Source: a virus
Virus record (IMG/VR): IMGVR_UViG_3300043464_001679
Span: 14,840-78,839 of that record
Direction: 5' to 3' (one strand)
DNA length: 64,000 nucleotides
In this document: piece after piece, positions 10,207 through 20,890 of the stretch
Layout: the number at the start of each line of letters is the position of its first letter
Position numbering within the stretch: the stretch's first letter is position 1
Position numbers and translations under genes: made by a program
The notes under the pieces: generated by a model
Databases searched by the model: none
Told to the model about the DNA's origin: nothing
The model's input: the letters and a program-made list of their open reading frames with translations, nothing else

Positions 10207-11837
10207 TGTGTTTATTATGTAAATATAAAAAAACAAGTATACCTACAGTAGATTTAGAATCTGTAGCTCAAATTGAGGTAGATAGATCAAGAGGACTATC
10301 TAATGTTTATAATATCGGTAATGAAGTAAGTTTTGTTGATGAGGTTTTTTTAGAACCATTATATACATTATCAGGGGCAACAATACCTAACTCAGGTTTT
10401 ACTACTACTAATTGTAGTGGTGTTACAACAGCTAGTACTTATACAACATCAGGTTGTACAGCAGTTTATAACTTATCAGAAGTTGATGAAATAGACCTCG
10501 TATTTCAAATAACAGGAAATACAGAATATACTGGTTATACAGGTAGTTTTTGTTACCACACCTTTAATTTAAATAGAATACCTAAAGATAGGGTGTATGT
10601 CACAAAAAAAGATGCAGTATATTCTAAATGTTTTGAATATTCAGCTATAACCGCTAATACAATTTATGATACAATAAATTCTTTTTCTATAGATAAAGGT
10701 GATTATGAATATATAATAAAAGATTATAACATTTTTACAACAAAAAACTTTTTAGATAATTTAGAAGTAAATTCATTTGATTTAACTACATATCCTAAAG
10801 AAGATTTATTTAATGATGGTTGGTATTTTGTAACATCTGTTAATCCCGAAAAACCTATAGTTAGTAAAACTAGGGCTTTTGACATAACACAAGATACTAT
10901 TTTAGTAACAGAAACACCTAATTTGATTGAGGGTCAAACTACTATATTTAAAATTGGTGGTTATGCTTTAAATAACAAATTTATTGTATTTGTTAATGGT
11001 ATTTTATTAACAGAAAATTTAGATTGGATTTACAGACCTGATTTAGGTAATGGGTATTTTGAACTTATTTCAGGAACACTAGAGCCAACAAAAGACGTTA
11101 TCCAAGTTAGTTACCTAAAAAATATTTCAGTAGATGTTGATATAATTAATCTTAATGAAACAGGTTTAATTGTGGATGCCGGTATAGTTAACTCAATAAC
11201 TACAGGTATAACTTCTGGTGTTACTAATTTAACTGTAAATTATAACCCTATAAAATCTAGACAAGAAATATTACTCACCTACCCGAATAGAAGTGGTTCA
11301 GGTTTAATATTTGTTGTGAATGGGATTAAATTGAAAGAAAATGTAGAGTATTTTATTAGTACTAGTGATAGTAGAAAATTAATAATGAATCCGTCTAATG
11401 AAATAAAAATTGGTGATGCTTTATCTATTTTTTATATTACGGACCAAAGTCTTCTTTATTATGATTTAGGTTATTTTAGAACACTTACACCAACTGTTTA
11501 TTGGTCGGCACCTGATAGTTATTCTAATTATAGAAGTGAAGATGGTAAATTCTTATTACAAGTTACTACTGGAGATGATACTGAATTTTTAAATCCAATC
11601 CAATCCAAATTTTATGATTTTTATAATCCATTAGGACAAATAAATGTTAGTGCGGTAACTGAAACTTATTCAGCAACACTAGACCAATTACCAACAAATG
11701 TAGGTGAAAATTTCTTATTTAGAGTATCTTTTTTCAAAGATTATCATATATTATTCAATAATACAATAACAACTAGAGCTGTTAGTGAAATTGTTGCTTT
11801 TAGAGTAAACATAGCTTACGCACAAAATAGTTATTAA
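10206..11837 (+). CDS. Putative tail/baseplate protein
   Basis: Two VFVNGI-x5-(D/E)(W/Y) type repeats typical of phage tail proteins; many (S/T)GxT motifs. Confidence 0.55.
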   Translation: MCLLCKYKKTSIPTVDLESVAQIEVDRSRGLSNVYNIGNEVSFVDEVFLEPLYTLSGATIPNSGFTTTNCSGVTTASTYTTSGCTAVYNLSEVDEIDLVFQITGNTEYTGYTGSFCYHTFNLNRIPKDRVYVTKKDAVYSKCFEYSAITANTIYDTINSFSIDKGDYEYIIKDYNIFTTKNFLDNLEVNSFDLTTYPKEDLFNDGWYFVTSVNPEKPIVSKTRAFDITQDTILVTETPNLIEGQTTIFKIGGYALNNKFIVFVNGILLTENLDWIYRPDLGNGYFELISGTLEPTKDVIQVSYLKNISVDVDIINLNETGLIVDAGIVNSITTGITSGVTNLTVNYNPIKSRQEILLTYPNRSGSGLIFVVNGIKLKENVEYFISTSDSRKLIMNPSNEIKIGDALSIFYITDQSLLYYDLGYFRTLTPTVYWSAPDSYSNYRSEDGKFLLQVTTGDDTEFLNPIQSKFYDFYNPLGQINVSAVTETYSATLDQLPTNVGENFLFRVSFFKDYHILFNNTITTRAVSEIVAFRVNIAYAQNSY

Positions 11838-11839
11838 TA

Positions 11840-14329
11840 ATGGAGAATAAGACTATAAGAATACGAACTACACCAGGTGAAGATAAAAATATTAGTGTAG
11901 ATTTAAATCAGGATTTTGATTTTATAGAGATTCTAAGTTTAAAAATCACACAGAAAGATGTTTATGAATCTTTTTGCGCTGATTATGGTGTCGTTATTGG
12001 CAGAGTAATAGCTAATCAAGGATTTGGTGTACCAAACGCCAAAGTTTCTATTTTTATTCCCATTTCTGACGAAGACCAAAAAAATGAATTAATAAGTACT
12101 TTATATCCTTACAAAACAGTTACCAGTACTAATAGTGAAGGGATTAGATATAATCTATTACTGGAAGAATCTACCTGTAATCTTAGTGTCGCTGTTGGGA
12201 CATTCCCAACCAAAGAAACTATATTAAACAATGACACTTATTTAGAGATATTTGATAAATACTACAAATATACGACAACAACTAATGATGCTGGAGATTA
12301 TATAATATTTGGTGTACCAACTGGACAACAGACAGTACACATGGATGTTGACTTAAGTGATATAGGTTTTTTAAGTTTAAGACCATACGATTTAATAGAA
12401 CAAGGATTTTCAGAGTCATTATTTGACGGTAAAAATTTTAAAACATCTAATAATTTAGATACTTTAGCACAAATTAGAACACAAAATAAAGGTGTTGATG
12501 TTGTTCCTTTTTGGGGTGATACTGAAAAATGTAATTTTGGTATTACTAGAGTAGACTTTAATATTGGTAATGATTTAGTTGCTAACGCTATTTTTATGGG
12601 ATCTATTTTTACAGATTCAGATAAAAACGCTTTAAAACAAAATTGTAATGTTAAGAAATCTATGGGAGAACAAGAACAATTAATAACTGGCCCTGGACAA
12701 GTAGACATTTTAAAATTAAATTACATACCAAACCAAAATGTTACACCTAGCAATCCAAACATAGATTCACCAACCTTTATTGAAAAATTATCACCAAAAG
12801 AGATAGATGAAAATGGGGTTTACGCTTTTACGATACCTTTATATTATGATAAAGTTATAACAGATGAATTTGGTAACCTTGTTAGATCTTTAGACCAAAC
12901 AAAAGGGGTCCCAACAAAAGGTAAATACAGGTTTAAATTAAAATTCAATGATAATACCACAATTTTTAAAGGTAAAAAAACGTTTAGAACGGCTAGTTTA
13001 ATTATACCTAGCAATCAAGATTCAGTTAGATTTACGGCTGACATAGATTCTTATATAAATGATGATGTTGAGTGTGATTTTCACCTTTTTGAATGGAAAC
13101 AAGTTTATACAACAACACAATATATTAGAAAAATAAAAAATAACAACTCTGGTAGATTTGATTTTATAGGTTTAAAGGATTGTGGCCAATTTTTATTACA
13201 AACTGTTGGTTCACCCGATGTGACAGGTATTGGTGAGACAGAAGAAGGTGATACTAACACTAAATCAAATTTAGATATACCATATAACAACGCTATAAAG
13301 AGGACCTTTAGTGAACTTAGTAAACAAAAGAAAATTAAACTATGTTTTTATGATTCTTGGTTAAATGGGGGTTGTTATTTGTATAAATTTAGGGTTAAAT
13401 CAAAAAATAATGGGGAATATAAATGTTGTGGTTTTGGCCATAATAATAGTGCATCTTTTTTAACTGAAAACAATAATACTTATACACCGAATACAACGGG
13501 TTATCCCACTGGTAATGCTTGGGGTGATGCTATTAATAATGGGACAGAATTTCCATCAGGTGTTAGATGTACCTTCATAACACCAAAATCTATACCAGGG
13601 GTATTAAATGGGGCGAATGATACTGAAGAATTTGTTTACTGTAAATGGACCTCAAACACCGTAATAATGAATATAGGCTCAATGTTAATGTGTAAAGAAA
13701 CTTTAGATACTTTAAAAAGTAGTCTATCTTCAGATACCGATAGTAGTTTAAAACCATTCACTAAAGGTGGTGGGAGTAATTGTATTGGAGGATATTGTCA
13801 AAATTCAGAAAAAGGTATTAGAACAGTAAATTTAATACCTTTTTTAGCTACAACAACATATACAGATTTAAATGATCTATTTCCATACCAAATGGCTGGT
13901 GAAAACGGTTTCGATGGTAATTTATATGAAAAATGGGGTAAAGCTTTAAATATATTTCCAGCTAATTCTTTTTTAAACTCTGGTTATTCCGAAAAAGAAC
14001 TAAAAGCAGAAGTAGGTGGTACTATTTTAAAATACTATTGTAGGATTGATTATGATGAACCTGATCCTGTAGATTGGCTTCCTGGTAATATACCTACATA
14101 TTCAGGTGGTGAACCATTACCTATTGGTCCACCAGAAATAAATCTTAATGATTATGGTAATTTAAATCCTAATGCTTTAGATTCTGAATTAAACAGTTAT
14201 TTTGGGTGTACTTATAATCTAGGTAAAGACGTGTATTATTATGCTAAAAATGATCATCCATATTTTTATTTTGGTCTTACTGAAGGCTCAACAGCTCTAG
14301 ATAAATTGAAAAAAGATTTTTTTGATTAA
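11840..14329 (+). CDS. Putative virion protein with N-terminal carboxypeptidase-regulatory-like beta-sandwich
   Basis: GVVIGRV...GVPNAKVSI...TTTNDAGDYIIFGVPTG pattern. Confidence 0.5.
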   Translation: MENKTIRIRTTPGEDKNISVDLNQDFDFIEILSLKITQKDVYESFCADYGVVIGRVIANQGFGVPNAKVSIFIPISDEDQKNELISTLYPYKTVTSTNSEGIRYNLLLEESTCNLSVAVGTFPTKETILNNDTYLEIFDKYYKYTTTTNDAGDYIIFGVPTGQQTVHMDVDLSDIGFLSLRPYDLIEQGFSESLFDGKNFKTSNNLDTLAQIRTQNKGVDVVPFWGDTEKCNFGITRVDFNIGNDLVANAIFMGSIFTDSDKNALKQNCNVKKSMGEQEQLITGPGQVDILKLNYIPNQNVTPSNPNIDSPTFIEKLSPKEIDENGVYAFTIPLYYDKVITDEFGNLVRSLDQTKGVPTKGKYRFKLKFNDNTTIFKGKKTFRTASLIIPSNQDSVRFTADIDSYINDDVECDFHLFEWKQVYTTTQYIRKIKNNNSGRFDFIGLKDCGQFLLQTVGSPDVTGIGETEEGDTNTKSNLDIPYNNAIKRTFSELSKQKKIKLCFYDSWLNGGCYLYKFRVKSKNNGEYKCCGFGHNNSASFLTENNNTYTPNTTGYPTGNAWGDAINNGTEFPSGVRCTFITPKSIPGVLNGANDTEEFVYCKWTSNTVIMNIGSMLMCKETLDTLKSSLSSDTDSSLKPFTKGGGSNCIGGYCQNSEKGIRTVNLIPFLATTTYTDLNDLFPYQMAGENGFDGNLYEKWGKALNIFPANSFLNSGYSEKELKAEVGGTILKYYCRIDYDEPDPVDWLPGNIPTYSGGEPLPIGPPEINLNDYGNLNPNALDSELNSYFGCTYNLGKDVYYYAKNDHPYFYFGLTEGSTALDKLKKDFFD

Positions 14330-14365
14330 AACGATAATAATGATATTTATAAAAAAACATAAAAA

Positions 14366-16402
14366 GTGAGTTATATAGATAAAAATTCAAATATTGTTGT
14401 AAGTGCTAGACTTACAGATAAAGGTAGAGAATTATTGGCTAATGGAGCCTTAACTTTTAACACCTTTAAATTAGGTGATTCAGAAATTGATTATACAACT
14501 TTAGGTCCTACTTATGACATTACTTTAAATAATGTTTTAAGAGCTAAAGCTAATCAACCTGATATGAAAACATTCTTGTTACCTACAACAACAAGTACAC
14601 CAAATCAGGCTTTCATGGGAATAACCCAACTTACAGCTCTAGAATTAGTAACAACAACTCAGGCACCTGAATTAGGATTTTTTGAAACAAGTACTGCTAG
14701 TACAGAATATACAGCTTATACAAGTACTAGTTATGTTTTACAGGCTGATAGTATAATTCCTTTAAGTGGTTTAACAGGTTGTACTAATGTTGTACCTGTA
14801 ATACAATCAGCTTCTTATGGTGTAAATACATACGAACCTTCTATTGGTGATTTTATGTTGGTAAAAATGAGTAATGACCAGTTAACTTTACCACAAACAG
14901 ACGGTGTTATTGATGAGAACGTACCTGTCCCTTACCTTTGGTTTAGGGTACAAGATAAAAGTGGTACCCTGTCGGCAAACACATTGAACGTAACTTTAGA
15001 TAGAAATTTCCCTTATTACCCTGGTTATGTGGGTTCTAATCATTGTTGGACAGCTTTTTATCCTACAGGAAATACTTTTAGTACGGGTGGAATTTATTCA
15101 GCTGGGACAGTGTGGAACATGAATAATGTGTGGTCATACCCTATAGCAGGAGCTGATGATGGTTTAGGTACTTATGAAACTTTTAATAATTATGGTAGTG
15201 AAAATTATATTGGTTCTAAAGAATATTTTGGATATACATCTGAAATTACTAGTAATTGTGAAGATGAAAAGTCTATAGCTATTATACATTACACAAACGT
15301 ACAGACTTGCAACAATCAATCAGAAAATGTTTACGGACAAAGATTTTATATTGATACAACAGTTCCGTCAGCACCTAAAATAAAAATGCCAACTTTAATG
15401 TGGCATGGTAGAGTTTTTTCGGGTTCAGGAACAGCGGATAAAATTGGTGAGTCTTTTTCTGGTACAGGTGTTGAAAAATATGTTACTTTAAGTGGGGTTT
15501 CTACAGAAGTTAGATATTACGATTTAGTTGATAGTAGTGGTAATAACTTTGTTGGTAGAGTTTTCCCTGACCATGAAGTATTTACCGTAGATAACCAAGA
15601 GTTAGTTGCAGCACTTTCATACAAATCAAATAGAAACTGGACCTTACCAACAATGGATTACGGTCTATTTACATCAGCTAATGGTTTGATTGGTCAAACA
15701 CAAGATTTATATGTTTCTTATATGTTTGAAAATACTTCAGCATGTACCACAAGTTTACACGCACAAAATTATACTTGTGTTGTTGTAAGTGAGGAAGAGT
15801 GTCCAGATAACGCTAAGAAAGATGTACAGTTAACATTCCCAACCTCTAGTTTACCTTATATGATGGTAAGTGGGGGGACAGGTTTCCAAGCAGATAAGTT
15901 TTATATTATAGCTCAAAGAGTGACAACAGGTAACAAACCAACATCAGATGGTTGGTTTATTATGGACTATACTAATCAAATAAATGGTCACACAACTGGT
16001 ACAACAATAAACCCTATTAATCTAGAAAACACAACATTCACCATAAATAACGCGATGTATATTTCTGGTTCTACTTTGTTTGATTTACATAACTATATTA
16101 ATATACCTACTACATCAGAAACTAATTTATTACAATTTGGGGATGAGAATTTCTTTTTTGGCAATATAGAAGCAGCTGGTTCAGTAAGGAAATGGAGAAC
16201 TAAATTTAACATAGTAGTACCGCCTACAATGTTTAATACAACAACTAACCCAACTTGGTTGAATAGTGCACAAAACGTACACATTTCTGAGGTTGGTATT
16301 TATAGTACTGGTGGTGATTTAGTGGCAATAGGCAAAATGAATCTACCTATTGAAAAAAATAACACAACAACAGTTATAATTGAAATAGCTTTTGATTTAT
16401 AA
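14366..16402 (+). CDS. Putative baseplate/tail-fibre attachment protein
   Basis: N-term LTDKGRELLA..FKLGDSEIDY and C-term ISEVGIYSTGGDLVAIGK resemble tail-collar/fibre-attachment domains. Confidence 0.6.
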   Translation: MSYIDKNSNIVVSARLTDKGRELLANGALTFNTFKLGDSEIDYTTLGPTYDITLNNVLRAKANQPDMKTFLLPTTTSTPNQAFMGITQLTALELVTTTQAPELGFFETSTASTEYTAYTSTSYVLQADSIIPLSGLTGCTNVVPVIQSASYGVNTYEPSIGDFMLVKMSNDQLTLPQTDGVIDENVPVPYLWFRVQDKSGTLSANTLNVTLDRNFPYYPGYVGSNHCWTAFYPTGNTFSTGGIYSAGTVWNMNNVWSYPIAGADDGLGTYETFNNYGSENYIGSKEYFGYTSEITSNCEDEKSIAIIHYTNVQTCNNQSENVYGQRFYIDTTVPSAPKIKMPTLMWHGRVFSGSGTADKIGESFSGTGVEKYVTLSGVSTEVRYYDLVDSSGNNFVGRVFPDHEVFTVDNQELVAALSYKSNRNWTLPTMDYGLFTSANGLIGQTQDLYVSYMFENTSACTTSLHAQNYTCVVVSEEECPDNAKKDVQLTFPTSSLPYMMVSGGTGFQADKFYIIAQRVTTGNKPTSDGWFIMDYTNQINGHTTGTTINPINLENTTFTINNAMYISGSTLFDLHNYINIPTTSETNLLQFGDENFFFGNIEAAGSVRKWRTKFNIVVPPTMFNTTTNPTWLNSAQNVHISEVGIYSTGGDLVAIGKMNLPIEKNNTTTVIIEIAFDL

Positions 16403-16644
16403 TGGGTTTTTTAGACAAAAATAATGATGAAGTGAAGTTGATTTTAACACCTCACGGTAAAGTAAAATTTTTATCTGAAGGTCTTAAAGATACTTTTGTA
16501 TATTTTACTTTTTCGGATGATGACTTATTATATCATTTATGTGTTGAACCACAAGGTATTTTAGAAATAAATGGTAGTCATAAAAGTTCTACTACCATAA
16601 AAGAACCTAAATATAAAGTAAAAATAAGAGATAATGGCGAATAA
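16402..16644 (+). CDS. Small structural protein, paralog of the 14366 N-terminus
   Basis: LTPHGKVKFLSEG..YFTFSDDD. Confidence 0.55.
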   Translation: MGFLDKNNDEVKLILTPHGKVKFLSEGLKDTFVYFTFSDDDLLYHLCVEPQGILEINGSHKSSTTIKEPKYKVKIRDNGE

Positions 16645-17782
16645 TGTAAATTTAAAATTAACTAATCACGGTTTACGTAAGATTATGAGTGAAGGAGCTA
16701 AAAAATCTTTCGCTTTTTTCAGTCTTGGTGATATGAATGAACGTTACGATGTTAGTACTGAACCTAATTTATCTGATATAAATAACATAAGTGGTTCTAA
16801 AACTTTATTTACTGCTAGAAAATCTTGTATTGATTCGGTACCTACTAAAGTAGAAGTTATAGAACCACCAGTAGAATCAGTCACTAAAACAGCACAAAGA
16901 TGGGTTATTAATTTTTACAAACAAAATTGTGGTTTACAGGATTACACAAAAAGTAATCTAACTATGACTATAAATTTACATGAGTATTTTGATTGGTTAA
17001 CAGATATTGCAACTAATTCAGCTTACACAGAAAGTTTAGAAACTAGTTTAAAAATAATACAAGGTATTTATCTGATTAAACAAGAACAAAATTTTGTTTC
17101 TAATGCGTGGTCAAACTTATTAACAACAAATAATTTCTCACTAAACTTTATGTTTAAGAGTAGTGAGGATAAAGACAATTATTTAAAATTAAACAGTAAA
17201 TATGTTTCATATAACAATAATAGTTTAAAAACACAAATAGATAATTCTTTTGATAGGTTTTATACTAGTCTATTGTTTGGTTTTGGTGCTAATATAGAGG
17301 GTTCTAGATATCTAGAAGGTCATAACGCATTTTTAACTTTTCAACCACCACAATTTGGTTATGTAGTTAACGGTAAAACAAACTTTATACCACTAACCAA
17401 AATGGGTGATGTTAGTAGATATGAAACCATTACACCTGCAGTGATTTTAGATTCTTCTAAGACAGGGGTTTATTATCTTACAGAACCTAGTAGATTCATA
17501 ACACAGGATATAAATGGGTTTATGGCTCAAGCAATATGGGGTTATAAAAATTCTACTGGTCAATCATTAATAGAAGGTATGATTGCTAAAGCTAAAAATC
17601 ATATAGAATTTTATTTTAAAGAAACCACAACCAACAAATGGGAATTACCTATTAATTCACAATTGGTTGTAACAAGTAATAGTGAAAACCTACCAGTTAT
17701 AGGTGGTAATTTAAGTCTTAACTTTGTATACGATTTAAATGCAACTATTTCAGGATATAACAATATATTAATAGTCGGGTAA
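16634..17782 (+). CDS. Putative structural protein, paralogous N-terminus
   Basis: LTNHGLRKIMSEG..FFSLGD. Confidence 0.55.
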   Translation: MANNVNLKLTNHGLRKIMSEGAKKSFAFFSLGDMNERYDVSTEPNLSDINNISGSKTLFTARKSCIDSVPTKVEVIEPPVESVTKTAQRWVINFYKQNCGLQDYTKSNLTMTINLHEYFDWLTDIATNSAYTESLETSLKIIQGIYLIKQEQNFVSNAWSNLLTTNNFSLNFMFKSSEDKDNYLKLNSKYVSYNNNSLKTQIDNSFDRFYTSLLFGFGANIEGSRYLEGHNAFLTFQPPQFGYVVNGKTNFIPLTKMGDVSRYETITPAVILDSSKTGVYYLTEPSRFITQDINGFMAQAIWGYKNSTGQSLIEGMIAKAKNHIEFYFKETTTNKWELPINSQLVVTSNSENLPVIGGNLSLNFVYDLNATISGYNNILIVG

Positions 17783-17784
17783 TA

Positions 17785-18090
17785 ATGTTAAAAGTATATT
17801 ATAATAGTTCAAGAGACTATAACAATAAGAATAGATTTAAAGATTCAGTTGAGGGTAATTCTCTTAATGTTGAATATAACTCTTTTGTTTCTGCTAGTTC
17901 TGTAGATCTTTATTATAAAGTTAACGGTAGACTACAAACGATAAATTTTCAAATGTCTGATATAGTACCTCTAGCTATTTATGATGCCGATTTAAAACCC
18001 GGCAGTAATAATACAAAAATAGATAACAGTAATGGTGTTGTAATAGAATATAATAGTATTAATAACACACAAACAATAACAAACCTTTAA
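17785..18090 (+). CDS. Hypothetical structural protein
   Basis: 101-aa ORF in operon. Confidence 0.5.
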   Translation: MLKVYYNSSRDYNNKNRFKDSVEGNSLNVEYNSFVSASSVDLYYKVNGRLQTINFQMSDIVPLAIYDADLKPGSNNTKIDNSNGVVIEYNSINNTQTITNL

Positions 18091-18101
18091 ATAAAAAATA
18101 A

Positions 18102-19253
18102 ATGAGTTCTTTAGTACCAGTAGAAAATGTTAACGTAAGTAATAAAGAAGAGGAAAGTCCGTATTTTTATGCTATTCCTGGGGGTAATATAGAATGGACT
18201 TACATACCACCTTCAACAGATACTGGATTTACAACAAATTCATGGTCTCATTTTTACGCTAATTTAGGCATATATACAAACGAGATAGCTAATAATTATA
18301 ACATTTCTTTTGATGATGGTGGGTATTTAAACACTTCATTAGAGAAATTATATGACGCTTATTATAATACAGGAATTGTTGTAGGTTTAATTGATAATGA
18401 AACTTATAGACAAGCAATTATCGGTAGAGACGGGGCTGTTGTAATACCTACTAGTTTTACTGGAGCTACTCTTTCAGGTATAACAGCATTAACTAATTAT
18501 TTTACTTTTTACGAATCACCTGATTTATTAAATAGAACTACATCTGGTGTTTGTGCTAAAACTGTTGCTGATACAAGAAAATTTGAATCTTTAAGAGAAG
18601 CCGTAATAAATACAGGTATCGGACAAGGTGAAGGTAGAGGAAATAATGGTGGTGAATATGAAAGTGGGGTAGCCTTCATCTTTAATGATTATACTAGTTT
18701 AACTTCAGGTTCTACATCAGGATTCAGCCAATCACACAAAGTAACAAATCCATACGCAAACGGTAAAAAAACAGCTTTATTTAATGGTACAGGTTATCAT
18801 AGAGCGGCTGGTATGATAGATTGTATTAGTGGTATTATTACTTTTTGGGACCCAGAAATTGTACAAGGATTTAATTTTGGTTTGGGTACAGGTGGTACAG
18901 GTACAACTAGTGTGACATTCGCATCTAACACGGCTTATGCAGTTGTAACAGATTATGATAGTAGTGTATCAGCTGAAGTTAGAATAAATGCTTCACCTGG
19001 TATTCTAAAATACACTACTAACCCTTCTAGAAAACAGGCAATAGCCAACGGTGATACAGGCTGTGAAGAAGTTGTTAATATAACCCAAGTTTGTTTATAT
19101 GATACAAATGGGCAAGTAACAGCAATTGGTGTTCCTACAAATATTATCAAAAAAGAAAATAACTACGTAACAATGAATTTAAGTGTTACACTAGATGGTG
19201 GTATTGGAGATGTTTGGGGTACTTCGGTAGATACATCTTTATATCCATCATAA
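18102..19253 (+). CDS. Putative tail/baseplate protein, paralog of the 14366 C-terminus
   Basis: ITQVCLYDTNGQVTAIG matches ISEVGIYSTGGDLVAIG. Confidence 0.55.
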   Translation: MSSLVPVENVNVSNKEEESPYFYAIPGGNIEWTYIPPSTDTGFTTNSWSHFYANLGIYTNEIANNYNISFDDGGYLNTSLEKLYDAYYNTGIVVGLIDNETYRQAIIGRDGAVVIPTSFTGATLSGITALTNYFTFYESPDLLNRTTSGVCAKTVADTRKFESLREAVINTGIGQGEGRGNNGGEYESGVAFIFNDYTSLTSGSTSGFSQSHKVTNPYANGKKTALFNGTGYHRAAGMIDCISGIITFWDPEIVQGFNFGLGTGGTGTTSVTFASNTAYAVVTDYDSSVSAEVRINASPGILKYTTNPSRKQAIANGDTGCEEVVNITQVCLYDTNGQVTAIGVPTNIIKKENNYVTMNLSVTLDGGIGDVWGTSVDTSLYPS

Positions 19254-19254
19254 T

Positions 19255-19287
19255 ATAAAAATTTTAGGTTTAGATGTTTTAACTAAT
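19255..19287 (+). pseudogene. Relic 5' stub of the RuvC-like gene
   Basis: ATA AAA ATT TTA GGT TTA GAT GTT TTA ACT AAT = (I)KILGLDVLTN, matching KVIMGLDVSSK of the 20130 gene. Confidence 0.55.
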
Positions 19288-19311
19288 TTTTTTTCACAAA
19301 ACTATATATTT

Positions 19312-20151
19312 ATGTATATGATAGTAAGTGAAATAGTGTACATATATGGTTTAGTTGACCCGTTAACAAACCAATTAAGATATGTGGGTAAAAGTGTAAA
19401 TCCCAAATCTAGACTTAGGAGACATATAGCTGATAGAAATATAAATGATTCATATAAAGATAGGTGGATTAGATCATTGAATGAAAAAAGTCTTAAACCA
19501 ACATTATTAATAATAGATGTTGTTAATAAAAATGAGTGGGTTTATTGGGAACAATTTTATATATCTTATTTTAAATTTATTGGTTTTAACATGGTCAATG
19601 GTACTATTGGTGGTGATGAACCTCCCTCTACAAAAGGCAGAAAACACACTGAAGAATCAAAATTAAAAATGTCTAGATCAAAAAAAGGTAAACCAATACC
19701 ATGGTTAAACAACAATAAATCTAGAAGTGAAAGACACAAAAAAAAATTATCTGATTCATTAAAAGGTAGAAAATCTGAAAAAAAAGGTAAAACATATGAT
19801 GATATATATGGTAAAGAAGTTAGTGAAATATTAAAGAAAAAACTTAGTGATTCACATAAAGGTTTAAATTGTGGTGTTAATCACCCCATGTATAATAAAA
19901 AACATAGTGAGGAGGTTATAGAAAAAATTAGAAAAAAAAGATCTGAACAAATTTTTTCTGAAGAGTCTATAAAAAAAAGAACAAATTCTATTAAAAGAAA
20001 GGTTTACAAATATGATTTAGATGGTAATCTAATAAAAATTTACGATTCACTTGGTGAGGTGTATAAAGAAATAAGTCATAAAAAATTAAATAAACACTTT
20101 GAAAGTGGAAATCCAATTAATGGGTATATATGGAAAAAACAAATAAAATAA
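19312..20151 (+). CDS. Free-standing GIY-YIG homing endonuclease with NUMOD3/NUMOD1-like DNA-binding motifs
   Basis: VYIYGL..RYVGKS..RLRRH; HTEESKLKMS and HSEEVIEKIR repeats; C-term KVYKYDLDGNLIK...GYIWK (start may be 19318). Confidence 0.85.
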   Translation: MYMIVSEIVYIYGLVDPLTNQLRYVGKSVNPKSRLRRHIADRNINDSYKDRWIRSLNEKSLKPTLLIIDVVNKNEWVYWEQFYISYFKFIGFNMVNGTIGGDEPPSTKGRKHTEESKLKMSRSKKGKPIPWLNNNKSRSERHKKKLSDSLKGRKSEKKGKTYDDIYGKEVSEILKKKLSDSHKGLNCGVNHPMYNKKHSEEVIEKIRKKRSEQIFSEESIKKRTNSIKRKVYKYDLDGNLIKIYDSLGEVYKEISHKKLNKHFESGNPINGYIWKKQIK

Positions 20152-20789
20152 AAGAAGAAAAAGTTATAATGGGTTTGGATGTTTCCAGCAAAACTATAGG
20201 TATATGTCTTTTTAATACAAATGGCAAATTATTAGAATTAACTCACATAACACCAAAAATAAAACCCCAACCCGAAACAAAACTAGAAGAATTGTTTAAA
20301 AAGGTTGATGCTTTTGAAAGATTAATTACAAGATATATCGAATTAGATATTGAAAGGGTTATAATTGAGGAACCTTTATTAAGTAGTAATAATGTGTATA
20401 CTGTGGCTACTTTGTTAAAGTTTAACGGAATGATTTCTAAAGTAGTTTCAGAAGTATTAAATGTTATACCTGAGTTTATTTCTTCTAATGATTCTAGAAG
20501 ATATTCTTTTCCAGAATTAGTACAAAAAAGAACACATAATAAAAAAGGTGAACCATATAGTCAAAAGGACATTGATAAAGCTAAACCTGTTTTGTTTGGT
20601 TCTTACTCATGGGATGTAGATAAAAAACAGATTGTTTGGGATAAAGTGGCTAATTTAGAACCTCAGATTGTGTGGGAGTACGACAAAAATCAAAAACTTA
20701 AGAAAGAAAACTTTGATATGACCGATGCTTATTCTTGTGTTAGAGCTATTATGTGTCGTGATAATATATGGGATTGTACTAAAAAATAG
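20130..20789 (+). CDS. RuvC-like Holliday junction resolvase
   Basis: IMGLDVSSKTIG, VIIEEP, FDMTDAY catalytic pattern of the RNase H fold. Confidence 0.75.
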   Translation: MEKTNKIKEEKVIMGLDVSSKTIGICLFNTNGKLLELTHITPKIKPQPETKLEELFKKVDAFERLITRYIELDIERVIIEEPLLSSNNVYTVATLLKFNGMISKVVSEVLNVIPEFISSNDSRRYSFPELVQKRTHNKKGEPYSQKDIDKAKPVLFGSYSWDVDKKQIVWDKVANLEPQIVWEYDKNQKLKKENFDMTDAYSCVRAIMCRDNIWDCTKK

Positions 20790-20812
20790 TTTTTTATTTA
20801 AATATAAATTAT

Positions 20813-20843
20813 AATATCGGTTTTTTTGACCGATATTTTTTTT
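20813..20843 (+). terminator. Hairpin/intrinsic terminator, left boundary of R-M-like module
   Basis: AATATCGGT-TTTTTTG-ACCGATATT followed by T run. Confidence 0.7.
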
Positions 20844-20858
20844 GTAACATTTTTTCAT

Positions 20859-20866
20859 TATATTTG
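20859..20866 (+). promoter_or_regulatory. Bacteroidota-type -7 promoter element
   Basis: TATATTTG upstream of ATG 20891. Confidence 0.6.
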
Positions 20867-20890
20867 CATTGTAATTTAAATACAACCAAT

